A DNA stretch of 63,248 bases, counting the filler, from Pelomyxa schiedti (taxonomy: Eukaryota; Protista; Evosea), in NCBI GenBank assembly GCA_020536535.1. It is 9 parts of 9 records of this genome, joined end to end, with 100 filler letters (N's around TTAATTAATTAA, not from the genome) between each part and the next. Parts side by side here need not be neighbours in the genome. Positions count along the whole stretch, not along the records: positions 1 to 21,324 come from JAHLWZ010001074.1; positions 21,425 to 28,292 come from JAHLWZ010001391.1; 7 more parts are not named here. One strand, given 5' to 3'. Positions 10,342 to 22,459 of the stretch are shown one piece after another (position 1 is the first letter of the stretch; every line of letters starts with the position of its first letter). Made by a program: the position numbers and the translations under genes. Below the pieces are notes generated by a model. That model ran no database searches. It worked only from the letters and a program-made list of their open reading frames with translations, and was not told the DNA's origin.

Positions 10342-13300
10342 TTACTCTTGCATCAGGGAGGCAGGTTCAGAGGGGTCAGACATGAAAGGTATTGGGGAGT
10401 AAGGTGGGCAGTGAGCCCTGTGAGCAGGGTGCACCAGCTCCACCTTGAGCTTGTACGTGGACCCAGGCACAGTGGTCAGCACCACAGGCACCAGGTGCAT
10501 CAGGCCGAACGACTCCCTGGCCTCCCACGGCCGCGTGGTGCTGGTGTGCATCACCGGCTTCTTACCAGTCCTTGACTGTGTCCATGAGTACTGTGGCTGT
10601 GGTGGCAGTGCCACAGTGGGCGCCGCCGCTGCACAGGAAGCTGTTGCTGTGGCAGCCGTGGTTGTGCTTGCGGTTGCGGTTGAGGTTGTGTTAGCTGTTG
10701 CTGGTGATGAGAAGGAGGATACTGTTGGTGCGGGAGTTAGTGCCTGCTGAGGGACTGGGGATGGTGATGGGGATGGGGATGGTGCCGGTGATTGTGGAAC
10801 CGGCTTGGGTGTTTCCGGTGTTGCCGGTACGGCTACTGGTTTTGGTGATGGTGATTGCGGAACTGGAGCCGGAGCGGGGGCGGGAGATGGAGTAAGTGAT
10901 GTTGAGGATGTGGGTTGTAATGGTGATGGTGATGGCCCGGGTTTTGTTGTTAGTGTCACGGTGGTTGTTGTGACTACAGTTATAACAGTTGTGGTGCTTC
11001 CGTCTGGATTCGCGGTGCTGTTTGTGGTTGTGGTTGTTGTTGAGGTGGTGACAGGCGGGGTTGAAATTGTTGCTGGCTCCGATGCACTGGCTGCGGCAGT
11101 AGAAAGGTGCGGAATTATGGGTTGTGTTGAGGAAAGAGCCGGTGCTGTGGGGAAGCTCACTGTTGGAGTTTCTTCTGTTGTACTTGTTGTTATTGGTATT
11201 GCCGTTGGAGTTGGAGTTGGTGCTGTTGGGATTTGCATTGGGATTGGCGTCGGTATTGTTGTTTGGGCCGGTGTTGTCGGTGTTGAAATTGATGTTGTTC
11301 TGATGGGGGTTGTTGATGAGCCCGGTCTCCGCGTTGGTGGGGGCAGGTGACTTCTCCAATCCTGCTTTCGGACACATCCATCTTTGGAAACCTGAGAAAT
11401 TTAGCCTCTGATACTACTCAGGCTTCGATTCATACCTCAAGCATGGTCGATTTGGCAACACTGTCGATGAGAGTACGTATACGACCCTGACAGAACTCTG
11501 CCATATTTTTGTACGCCATCAAATAGGCCAGTGAGACACCTCCATCTTTTCTTTTCCTGATTTTATTTCTGTAGACTGTTAGCTTTCTAATGCAAACTGG
11601 TAAAAAGAACTTGATGAATGGTTCTTGCTCCGAACCAGCGTCACTGAACCAAAATTCCAGTAGCTGTAGGATGGGATCCGCTGTTGGACTTGGGAGTGCT
11701 GGTATTGACAGGGGTTTTGCCTCTGTCACCTCGGTTGCAGCTGAAGCTGTGCTATCTGATGGTAGTGTGGTTGTAGTTTTAACCGGGAGGGGTTCTGAGG
11801 CGGGAGTTATTTTGATTGTTACAGATTCTGAAGGCACGGGTTCAGCAGGGGCAAGTTCTTCTAACACAGTTTCTGATGATACTGGTTCGTCCGACACAAT
11901 ACAATTTGTGGCAAGACAACAAGGGGCCGGGTACTTAGGTGTGTCCCAATCAATATCAACAGAACTACCCTTGAACATACAGCCCCGCAAAGGAAGACTG
12001 ATGTACGTAATCTTGGCATCCAATTCTGTATGTGTGTGAGAATAGAAGGTCAGAGGGATGTCCTACTATATCGAGGGATGAATATGTCGAAGTCCACAGG
12101 AGAAATCTGTGTTATAACGCCAACAGTGATTTCTACACAGCAGGTTAAAGAAAGTTTCTCCAGAAAGGAATGAACCTGGAGAGAGCTTTGACAACAGTAT
12201 ATTTAGCATTGCCTTTGATGCCTGTTCACCTGTTCGTTTTGCAGTATCTCGGCAATCATTGAGGTGGGAACAAATATCACGCATCCATTCCAATTCAGCA
12301 GGCGTAGCAGTGTGGGGTGCACATTTTTCCTGTAAGCAGTTAACAGTAGGAATTGGCTAAACCCGAAACCTTCTTTGTCTTTTGTTCAGCAACATGGAGG
12401 AGCAAACGATGGGTTATAATGTCAGGATACCTGCAGGAAATGTTATTCCTGCAAACGAGGGGCAGGACAGGAACCTTCGAATAGGAGAACTGTAGTGAGT
12501 ATAGACCCCCATGTTCAAAGCAAAATGGCGCCACTGCGTATCACCGACTGTGCCGCTGCATATGTATGTGGATGGAGACATGGTACGAGCAACGAGAGAA
12601 CTTATTGTATCTTGAATAGCTTTATGAACGGGTTCAGATGCTGTTCGGTCGTAGTGGGCAACCAATTTAGAGGCATTATTTTCCACAACAGTCATTGCGT
12701 TATTAAGCGTAGCCGAAATGCCTTTAGCAGAGGCGTGCCAATTGTGGCGTGCGTCATCCAGTTTGTAGACGGCCCTGAACATGTCTACCAGAGAGTCCAG
12801 CTTTGTAAAAGATGGCTGTGGATGTCTGCCACTACATTAGCACGAGTGTCTACACGTTACTTAAAACCTTCTCAGCAAACAGGTTTGGGGGAAATGAGCA
12901 GACACAATTTCAGCGGCTCGTCTGCTGGCGAGTAGAGCTAATTCTTGTACCATCGAATTACTGAGGTAGAGTTGACTGAGGAAAACGGCATTTGGATTCC
13001 CTTGATCATCATTAGGGAACCACATTGATGATCTGTCAAGAAACTCCAGGGCTCCGTTCTGTGACAAATGTTAGTTCACTAAAAGGAGAAAAGTGGTGAA
13101 ATGCTCACCTCTCCTCTACGCTTTTTCAGTGCCACTGAAATCCTGCTTAGACTCTGGATATCTCGTACAATATCAGAAATTTTTGCCCCATTGAACGGTC
13201 CCAGTGCACTGCTCACAAATTCAGGTGGACATCCTGTCCAGGCCTCATTATTCCCAGAAACATGCCCATCAATGATGGCCTGCGCTGCTGTGTAGTTCAA

Positions 13301-16056
13301 CTTGCTGCAGGAATTTATCTTGTGGAATGAATTCTTGGAAATGGAGGAAGGCTATCTTACCACAGTGCGCCCGAACCATTCCCTTGAGATATTTCCCTCT
13401 GCATCCGTAGTCCAAATGAAGGAAACTGCAAGTCTACAACAAAGTCACCAATTACCACTATTTTAAGTGTTGGCGTACCTGTCACAACCAGGATTCAGAC
13501 TGCATAAATTCATCAGAGGAGGAGGAAGCATATGCTTAACTTCATTAGGTAAGTATATCGAAGTTCCTCGTTTTAGTGCAAATTTATCCAAGGGAGTTCC
13601 AGGGAGGACGAAGTATGATACATCTGCAATGTGAACTCCAACCTTGTGATTTTTAGCTTCCAGGAGTACGTCAGAGCTCCGTCATTACCCTGAAATTTCC
13701 GTCTGGTAACTGCTCACAAGATAGAGCATCATCCAAGTCACCAGCACTCATTGGGTCGATAGTGAAAGTTCTTAATTTTTTTTTCTTCACAAAGGCACAA
13801 TATGGTACAAACGAAAAACCTCATGCTTCTCAAATCAACACGTGACGCTATCTCAGAGCTTGGTATTGCAGCCGGCAACTTTGGTAGACAACGTAGGATG
13901 TTTCCCCAGTCATCTTCTTCTAGGTTATACCTGATATTTATCATCTAGATAATTGTGAGCAGACTCGGAGTGAAAGGATTAGATTTGACCCGCAGTTGAC
14001 TCTTCATAGTTCCGAGATTATCTATTAAGCCCACAATTCTATTTCAAGTAAGAAAACTGGATGTGAACTGCGACCTCACCTAGCAAAAGGAACCCGTGAA
14101 GATGAAGCCCAGTTAGTGTACTCTGCAACAAATACTTGACTGGAGGAAGTTGATATTTCACTCAAAATTTTCACCCAGTGTTCACCGAGAGTTCGTTGAT
14201 CAGATTCCATTTGGACGGGCAACAAAGTTTTTAGTATCTGTGGTAAAGAAGCCAACAGCGCGGGTATAAGTATTAAAGCTCTTGGAAAGCGCATATCAAG
14301 GGGTCGTAGTACAACCGCCATATCATCTGGCCTGTGGCTGTGTAAAAAAAAATGGCAGAACTGTTGAGTACAAACTGGAAAGATTTTCCAAGAGGAGAAA
14401 TTTCCACAAGGACGGTTTTACTGGAGTTATGTCGCAGAACACCAACAACCTGGCCTTTGATACCTAGAATAAATATTTCTTAGAAAATATCTTAATCCCT
14501 TTTTGGTACCATCATTTTCTGGGTTTGGAAGCAATTGTATGGCTACAGTGTCACCATGGAAAGTCCTGTTGATTGACTTGGGTTGGTTGGTTGGGAACGA
14601 ACTTGGACTCCCGGCAAACAGTGGGTTTGTGTTGTTTGTTGGGAAATAATGATACCTTGGAATCAGGTATCATAACGTCACGGGCCATCCCACGAATACG
14701 GACAAAACCAAGCGTACCATGCCTCTGGTAAAGCATTTGCCCAACTCGGAGCTCACCAGACTACACTCATTTTCAGACAAAGAAAAAGGCGGGGGAAAAA
14801 AAAAGAGGAGGGTACATTGACTCTTTCAGCCAGTGCAACCTTTTCCAGCCATTCTTCATAGCATGGTTCTGTTGCATTTGTTGGTTGATAAAGAAAAAAA
14901 ACATGTTTGCTTCACCTGCACTGGGATCATATGTTACTGGCTCTTCCTCTACAGGAGGAAGGCCAGGTCTAGATGTAGGAACCTGGATAGCGACCAGTGC
15001 CGCCAACGAGGCGGCTTGCCGTTGCTCTGCCTTGAGTGCTTTTGCCCTTTCCGTGTACCTCCTCCTCCTCAATATTTCTCCAGGAGACTTACCTCCACGA
15101 CGAACCGGAGTAGAATCAGAAGCAACTGCAGCTGCGGCTGCAGAAATAATCGTCTCCTTCTTTGGCGTTGCGAAATCAGTATATTTCAAGGGAGAGGACT
15201 CTATTGCTGCCTTGTGCTTTCTCTTCCTCTTCTTCTTAGTTGTTGACTCTGTATCTTCTTCCTCATCCTTTGCCTCCTCTTCCTCCTCCTCCTCCTCCTC
15301 CTCCTCGACTTTTTTCCCTTTTCCCTTTGCCATCGTTTTAAGTGCTTCTACCTTCTTCTTGAATGATACCTTCTTGGGCGTTTCTTCTTCCTGTGATTTT
15401 GCCTTCACCTTTGCCTTTTTCGGTGATGCCTTCACTTCCTCCTCCTCCTCCTCCTCTTCCTCTTCCTCCTCCTCTTCCTCTTCCTCCTCCTCTTCCTCCT
15501 CCTCCTCCTGGTCATGGGGGTGAGGTTTCTTCTTTGGGGAGGGTGTTGCAGCGGGTGAATGTAACTTGGCCGCCGCGGCGGATGGGCTCTTGGAGCCCTT
15601 GAGGGCCGCCCGGAGCGGCGTCCCCACAGGGAACCGTACCCCCATGTGCGTCGTGGGCGAAGAGACCGAGACCGAGACCGAGGCCGGCGACGAGGCGGGC
15701 TTCTTGGGGCTGCTGCTCACGGGGGGGGTGGTCTTGGTGGCCTCCTCCGGCTCCGCCTCGTCGTCGCTGCCGCCGGCTTTGGTTCCTTTGGTGACTGCGA
15801 TGCGGGGGCGGCGCGAGAGGGGCGACGGGGAGACCACGGCCGCCGCGTGGGCGGGCGACGAGCGCGGGGGGGTGCGGGCCGATGCCGCGGCCGCGGCGGA
15901 CGGGGACGACGCGGGAGACTTGCGGGACGCCGGGGGCGCCGCCTCCGCCTCGTCGTCGTCCGAGCCGCCGGAGCTGCTGCTGGGCGGGGCGCGGTGCTTG
16001 GGCTTGGGGGTTTTCTTGGCCGCTGCGGCCAGCGCGAGCTTGCGGGGTGTCGGCAT
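10342..16056 (-). CDS. DIS3L2: DIS3-like exonuclease 2 (RNase II/RNB family) with inserted La-motif domain, multi-exon
   Basis: CSD segment [15 protein letters not shown]; catalytic [17 protein letters not shown] (about 13715-13770); [11 protein letters not shown]; RGTSIYLP; [28 protein letters not shown]. No PIN domain seen. Poly-E N-terminus and T/P-rich C-terminal insert. Confidence 0.85.
15438..15510. repeat. (TCC/TCT)n tract encoding poly-Glu in DIS3L2
   Basis: Visible trinucleotide run translating to a long E tract on the minus strand. Confidence 0.9.
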
Positions 16057-16406
16057 CCTCCACGGGCTGGTTGTCTTTCGGCTTTTGGTAATTGCGCGTT
16101 TGCAGTTGCAATAACAAACGAGATTGCGGACAATGATCGAAACTGCGAAGGTGAGAAGAGATGGGCTCAGGAAGAGACTGAGGGGAATGGAGAGAAGAGA
16201 TTTGGGGGAGTTGAAGTACCCGGAAATCGAATCGTAACCCCCAGGTCTCATCATTAGAAAAGACTCTGAGATTTCGGGTTACGTCACAGAATGAACAGTT
16301 TCTTTAGATTCTTACAGGCTTCGAAGACTTCTCTTTTTATTATTTTTTCTCAAACCTAGACCCCAAACGACCACCCGTAAAGCGACAACAATAAAACAAA
16401 ACAACG
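16057..16406. promoter_or_regulatory. Probable bidirectional promoter between DIS3L2 and the ArcE-like gene
   Basis: 350-bp gap between head-to-head start codons (16056 minus, 16407 plus). No specific element identified. Confidence 0.4.
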
Positions 16407-18135
16407 ATGTCAGCCGCTGTTGTTAGGGAAAGGATCTTGATCCTTGGTGCCGCTGGAAGGGACTTCCACAACTTCAACGTTTTCTTCAGGTTGAGATGCC
16501 GATCCACACGACAATGCTCTAAACACACTCGTCGTATTTAACATATTAAAAGCGATCAAAAACGACATGCGACACGCTATAAGTCAATAATATAATTTAA
16601 TGCACTGTGTCGTAAAAATAATTGCACTGTTTCTGACCTTCGTTGCTGACATTGAATAGGGAGAACAACAAGTACGAAGTTGTTGGCTTCACTGCCACTC
16701 AGATCCCCAAGATTGAGGGACGCCCGTACCCACCCAGCTTGTCTGGACCCTTGTACCCAAAGGGGCTCCCAATCTGGCACGAGGCCCAGATGGAGAACAT
16801 CATCAGGGAGCAGCACGTCGATAGGTATCACGTATAGAAAGATTAACTATTCCCTTTTTTTCTTATGTTGCATTAGGTGCATTCTCTCCTACTCCGATCT
16901 TAACAACCAGACCGTGATGAACATTGCCAACCGCGTAATGAGCGCTGGTGCTGACTTCGGTCTTCTTGGCCCCGAGCACACTTGGATCAAGTCTAAGCTC
17001 CCAGTCGTCGCCGTTGTTGCCGTTCGAACTGGCTGCGGCAAGTCCCAGACCTCCCGCTACGTTGCCCAGCTTCTCCGCGAGGCCGGACTTCGCCCAGTTG
17101 CCATCCGCCACCCAATGCCATACGGAGACTTGGCTGCTCAGGCCGTCCAGAGGTTCGGCAGCTATGAGGATCTTGAGAGGCACCACGTCACCGTTGAGGA
17201 GCGTGAGGAGTATGAGATGCACATTGCCAAGGGAACACCAGTCTTTGCTGGTGTTGACTATGGGGCCATTCTTGCTGAGGCAGAGAAAGAGGCTGACGTT
17301 ATTGTGTGTTACTTCTTGTAACCTTCGCCTTTTCTTACATATATTCAGATTTGGGACGGTGGCAACAACGACTTCCCATTCTACAAACCAGACCTCTGGA
17401 TCACAATTGCCGATCCATTCCGCGCTGGTCACGAAATAGCCTACTACCCAGGCTCTGTCAACTTCCGCCGCGCTGACATCATTGTCATCAACAAGGTACA
17501 CCCTACCTACTTGACTTCTTTTTTTCCGTCTGATATTCCCCCAAGGTCAACAGCGCCAAGCCCGAGGATGTTGAGAAGGTCGTTGCCAACGCAGCCGCCC
17601 TCAACCCAACTGCCAAGATCATCAAGGGAATTTCCGAGGTTGCTACCACCACACCCGAACTGATCACCGGCAAGGCCGTACTCTGCATTGATGACGGGCC
17701 AACCCTCACACACGGAGAGATGCCCTTCGGCGCCGGAAAGATTGCCTGCGACAAGTACCACGCTGCCAAGATTGTCGACCCACGCCCATACGCCAAGGGA
17801 TCCCTCCAGCAGGTTCTTGAGAAGTGGCGCCACCTCGAGTGGGCCGGCTCTGGCCTCACCCTCCCAGCCATGGGCTACTACGAGGAGCAGCTCCTTGACC
17901 TCAAGGTAAAACACAACTATACCCCTTTACTTACACCTAATGAACTAACAACTGGCACCAGAACTCCATTGAGGCCACACCATGCGACGCCGTTCTCGTT
18001 GCCACACCAATTGACCTCAACAGGCTCCTCCACCTCAACAAGCCAGTCGCCCAAGTCACCTACGAGCTCGTCGACGGTGAGGGCCTCAAGCTCCGCGAGC
18101 CCGTCAATGCCTGGATCGCCTCCCTCAAGCACTGA
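16407..18135 (+). CDS. arcE: COG2403 P-loop protein (cDPG-synthetase-related 'GTPase'), probable arginine synthetase ArcE homologue, 6 exons
   Basis: Spliced protein: RILILGAAGRDFHNFNVFFR, YEVVGFTATQIP..GRPYP, AVRTGCGKSQTSR (Walker A), RHPMPYGDL, EEREEYE, WDGGNNDFPFYKPD, DDGPTLTHGEMPFGAG, LPAMGY. Introns include 16490-16659 and 16825-16876. Confidence 0.85.
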
Positions 18136-18221
18136 GAACAGGGAAAATAAAGAGAAAAAAAAAAACGTACTTCCAAGAACATCGGACAAATTTAGCAAAC
18201 GGTTTTTTTCTCCTGTAAGGA

Positions 18222-20371
18222 ATGCAGAGAACAAGTGATTATCATCAACGGGTATTGTTGGTGTCGAGGCTCGTGTGGGACCACGTGGTGCCGTGGTTAC
18301 TCCCCCCTGCATTGCTGGTCCCTCGTAAGTCCGCGTCGGCGGCCATTCTGAGGAGGAGTGATTGTTTGGCACTTGTGAGCGTTGGGGAGGGTGTGTTCCC
18401 TCTCGTGCCCCGCGTGTGCCGTCTGATCATCGCGCACTCCCACAAGTACCTCTCCGCTCTCGACGCGGCAGCGCAGTCCGGCGCCAAGTCGTGCCTCAGG
18501 TGGCTCTCATCCGTCGCGTGGCTACTTCGGGCCAACCACACCAACACTGAGGCCGGCGAGATTCGCCGCGCACAGAAGGAATTCATCGTGGTGCTGAGGG
18601 GGCTGTGCTGTGGTGGCCACTTGGAAATGGCCAAGAGGCTGGTTGATGGTTGTGATTGTGATGGTAACTGGCCTGTGGGGATCTCTTGGCCAGTGAGTGA
18701 GATTCGTGGGCTTGCAGGGGGGAGTGACCTCAGGGATTACGTGAGGGCTTGCGACGTGCTGACGAGTGTGTGCAGGCATGGGCAGCTGGAAGTTTTGTGG
18801 TGGATGGTTGACAGGTTCGACATCAGGGAACCTTGGGAGTTTGTTGTCCCGCTTGTTGGTGCTGCGTCAGGGGGACACATCGAGGTGATGCAGTGGATTG
18901 TGGACACTTACCCGGACGTGGTGCCTGCGATCCGCAAACACGAGGCTTGGGTGGAAATTCACAAGGGCGCGTGCAAGAGCGGGGACTTGGCTGTTATAAC
19001 GTGGTGCTCTGTGACTTTCCCAATGCCGTACAGCTTTGGGTGGTTTCTCCGTTATTTTGACTGGACCCCAGCAGATAGTGCCGAGGTTCGCCAGTACCTC
19101 AACGATCACTCCCCTCCTCCTGCAGATTATACTCCAGGTTCCATTTTCTTTGGCTCAGTTTACACTGTGGAGCGCCTAAAGTGGGTGGGATCAGAACGCC
19201 TTGGCGTCGTATTCAATGAGGATGATCTCCAGTATATTTGTCAGGTATCGAAATGGAATGATGTGGCCAAGTGGGTTGTCGAGGAGCACCATGTTCGCCC
19301 AACTCCTGCAACATTCTCTTCAGCCTGTACAAACTACCATGGTAACGTACAACTTGTTCAATGGTTGGCGCCACAAGTGCACCTTTCATATGAAGACCTC
19401 TTTGCCTGCTTCATAGATTCCCTGGCAAACAACCAACTGGAAATTGCATCCTGGCTGAATAATTCCTTCCACATTTTGTCACAGGCGGTATCCACGCCTG
19501 ATTCGATCCTTGCCAGGGTGTGCAGAAAAAGAGTTCATGGAGAAAAAGTGGAGGCTGTGAAATGGCTTCTGGATCATACAGCACTGGCAAAGGTGGAAGA
19601 AACGCTTTGGATTGAAGACTCTGTGTTGGAACTTCTGTTTGAAAGGCACTTGTCAAAAACGCCTTTCTTCATCATGAAGAAGTTCCATACAATCATTAAA
19701 GAACCAAAGCGCAGTGAGCTCCTAGTTGCTGTACTGAAAGAGATTGTTAAATCTGGCACCCTCACACAAGTTAAAAAGATTATTGCCATGGGTAAGATCA
19801 CCAGAACCGCTGCTGCAGGGTGCCTTGTAAATCCTGATTGTATTTGTTTCTCTTCCACCAAATCAGTGAAGTGGCTCATAACACACTTCCAGCTTGATCG
19901 TGAATGTATCTCACTCGATTTGGTCTTCAGTTTTATGTTACATGCCCAAGCAAGTTGCGCTGAGTGGCTCATTGACAGGTTCCAGATCACCTTGGATGAG
20001 GTATTTATTGACATCCGACAGAGTTCCCTGTAACCTTCTCACTCTCTGTTTTTTGAACAAAGGTTCTTAGGATGAAATGGAAAACTCAGTGCGTAACAAA
20101 GCTTGACCTGCACACCTGGCAGATGATGCTGAGGGTTTTCCCGAGAATCACAACCAGAACAATCAAGCAGCACTTCATGTCAGTTGTATGCCAGACACCA
20201 GTCATGGCTGAGTACACAATGAGGTTGTTCCCTGACATCACAGCCGCTGACTGTGCTGCGTGGTTGTCCAGAAAAGAGCCATGGCTTGTGCCTCTCTCAC
20301 TCCGCTGTTGGTTTGGTGCCGCCTTTCCACCCCTCAACAAAAATCTATTGTGGGTTCCTCCTCGTTGGTGA
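18222..20371 (+). CDS. Ankyrin-repeat-like family protein (copy 3), 2 exons
   Basis: YHQRVLLVSRLVWDHVVPWL start. Intron 20001-20062 after ITLDE joins to VLRMKW..LDLHTWQMMLRVFP. Confidence 0.82.
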
Positions 20372-20450
20372 ACCTCGGCCAGTTCATCCCATCATCGTCG
20401 TCACAATCACAACCTCGTCTGACAAACGAATTCTCTTGCTTAACAAACTG

Positions 20451-21324
20451 ATGGATCGTTCGAGAACGAAGCGGGAACACCACGATCGGGTTCTGTTGGT
20501 GTCGCGGATCGTGTGGGACAACGTTGTCCAGTGGTTGATGCCGCCGACCCACAAGTACGGCTCACCGCTGTTGACCCCACCGGATCTGACGAGGGAGCAC
20601 TGCGTGACACTGGCGAGGGTCGGGGAGGGCGTGTTCCCCCTCGTGCCCCGCGTGTGTCGCCTCATCCTCTCGCGGACCCATAAGTTCTACACCGCCCTCG
20701 GTGCAGCCGCAGAGGCCGGCGCCAGCTCCTGCCTCCGTTGGCTCCTCAAATCCCACAATAACGCCGACGAGGGCATTAGCAGCATCACAAACGAGACCAA
20801 CTTCGGCGCCGGTGTGTGGCGGGCCAGAGGAGGAGGGAATAAAAAGGAGATCATTCGGCTGCTTGGGGGCCTGTGCAGAGGCGGCCATCTGGAGATGGCG
20901 CAGAGGCTGGTGGATTCTGTCCTTCGTTGCGGTGGCATCAGTAGCAGTCATAATAATAACGGGGAGGGGTTGGAAGCAGGGACTCTGGCAAGTGACGTGC
21001 GGGACCTTGCCTGTCACGTGAGGTCATCGAGCATACTGGTGGGTGTGTGTGAGAATGGGCACCTGGGCGTGGCGAGGTGGCTGGTGGAGAGGTTCAACAT
21101 CAGGGGCGAGACTTGGGAGCTCATCTGGGCACTCCTCGGCGCCGTCAGAGGGGGACACTTGGAGGTGGCGCAGTGGGTGGCCGGCAGTTCGGAAAAGGTG
21201 CTCCCTTTGCTCATTAGACATGACTATTGGCTGGTAATTCACTCGGAAGCATGCCAGAGTGGAAACTTGGGTGTTGTGAAGTGGTGCTTCGAAAATATTC
21301 CACTGGGCAGTGAGATCACATGTT
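20451..21324 (+). CDS. Ankyrin-repeat-like family protein (copy 4), 3' truncated by contig end
   Basis: HHDRVLLVSRIVWDNVVQWL..GEGVFPLVPRVCR..LCRGGHLEMAQRLV. Confidence 0.78.
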
Positions 21325-21424
21325 NNNNNNNNNNNNNNNNNNNNNNNNNNNNNNNNNNNNNNNNNNNNTTAATTAATTAANNNNNNNNNNNNNNNNNNNN
21401 NNNNNNNNNNNNNNNNNNNNNNNN
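21325..21424. other. Artificial contig linker (N-TTAATTAATTAA-N); also at 28293, 32174, 35553, 40345, 43838, 50303 and 61661
   Basis: Identical 100-nt spacer with stops in all six frames, repeated eight times. Confidence 0.97.
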
Positions 21425-21914
21425 AAACCACTTTGTTTTTTCATCAAAGCCCCTTGACTTTGATGATCCCTTTACAGCAGCAGTGATGAGAAATCCAGGT
21501 GGTACCCTGAACTATACTTTACACTATACCTCGCAGTGGATGACATGCTCTTTCTACTTGAAACATGGCACTACCTCCCAGAAGTCACCACGGTTCCCAC
21601 AGGGGTCCCAAGTCAGCCAAATTGGCCCTATGCACCTGGTTGTTTTCTCTCCTGTGTCTGCACACAAAGATACCCTGCTTAGTGTTTACAACATAGAAAA
21701 TGACATGACTTCCCTGTGTGTTCCCTGCACTTGGGCCTCACCCAGCATCCAGCAACCATCAAGCCTTATTCTAGCAACAAGTTACCATCAACCATTTCCT
21801 TCAGAACCTACAGAAATGCATCTATCACTGCACGATGGTGTCACTGGTGTGTGCCTTGGAATGTTCTCTTTTGTGGTGAACCCTGATTTTTTTCTCTCCA
21901 TGGACTTGGTGTAA
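21425..21914 (+). CDS. 3' fragment of hypothetical protein resembling the C-termini of the 'QFxAL..RCG' family
   Basis: Ends LSLHDGVTGVCLGMFSF, like ICIHDTKTATLLAFLTI (40693) and VSIHDVFAGTSLLVLTI (42047). Confidence 0.55.
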
Positions 21915-21978
21915 ATTCTGCACATTAAACACAAACACAAAACCACATAAAAATCTGGTTACAAAGGTAGTTTTTTGT

Positions 21979-22362
21979 ATCACAACCAATGCCAAGCTCG
22001 GAAGTGGGTTTTGGACTGTGGCCCTCGCAGTGGCATCGAATTGGGGTGCCCTAACTTGTCAAATGCTTGTAACAGAAAGCGCTTCCTGAGGGTGAAAGCA
22101 CCCAAATTGTCTGAGTTTGCCAGTAAAATGTGGGCCTTGAACAAAAGTGTGCATACAGTTCTGTGCGTCTCTGTGTGAGGATTACAGCTCACAGCATTTC
22201 GGGGCAGACATCGGCACTGTCCAGGAGTTATAATCAAGGAAAGGAAACAAAAAAGGAAATTTGCACCATTCTCCCCCAGTGCCACTTCATCACAACCAAT
22301 GCCGAGCTCGGAAGTGGGTTTTGGACTGTGGCCCTCGCAGTGGCATCGAATTGGGGTGCCCT
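21979..22362. repeat. 74-bp direct repeat pair (21979-22052 and 22289-22362)
   Basis: ATCACAACCAATGCC(A/G)AGCTCGGAAG..GGGGTGCCCT occurs twice with one mismatch. Confidence 0.9.
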
Positions 22363-22459
22363 GCTTTTGTTTTTTGAACTCCACCCAAAAGTGGCTCCCT
22401 GTGGTCACACACTTTTGGGTGGTTTCCTTTCTATTGACAAAAACACTTTTTTTAATTTT

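Noticed and set aside
10691-11377. Asn-rich 228-aa overlapping ORF
   Set aside because: Alternative frame of the T/P-rich DIS3L2 exon; the spliced frame continues into 11238-10342.
15512-16257. Multiple long antisense and alternative-frame ORFs (also around 24720-25589 and 50700-51500)
   Set aside because: Expected in GC-rich low-complexity exons; no recognisable protein features.
21325-21424. Recurrent TTAATTAATTAA within N runs as a biological repeat
   Set aside because: Synthetic six-frame-stop linker between contigs; ORFs ending in 'LIN' are artefacts.
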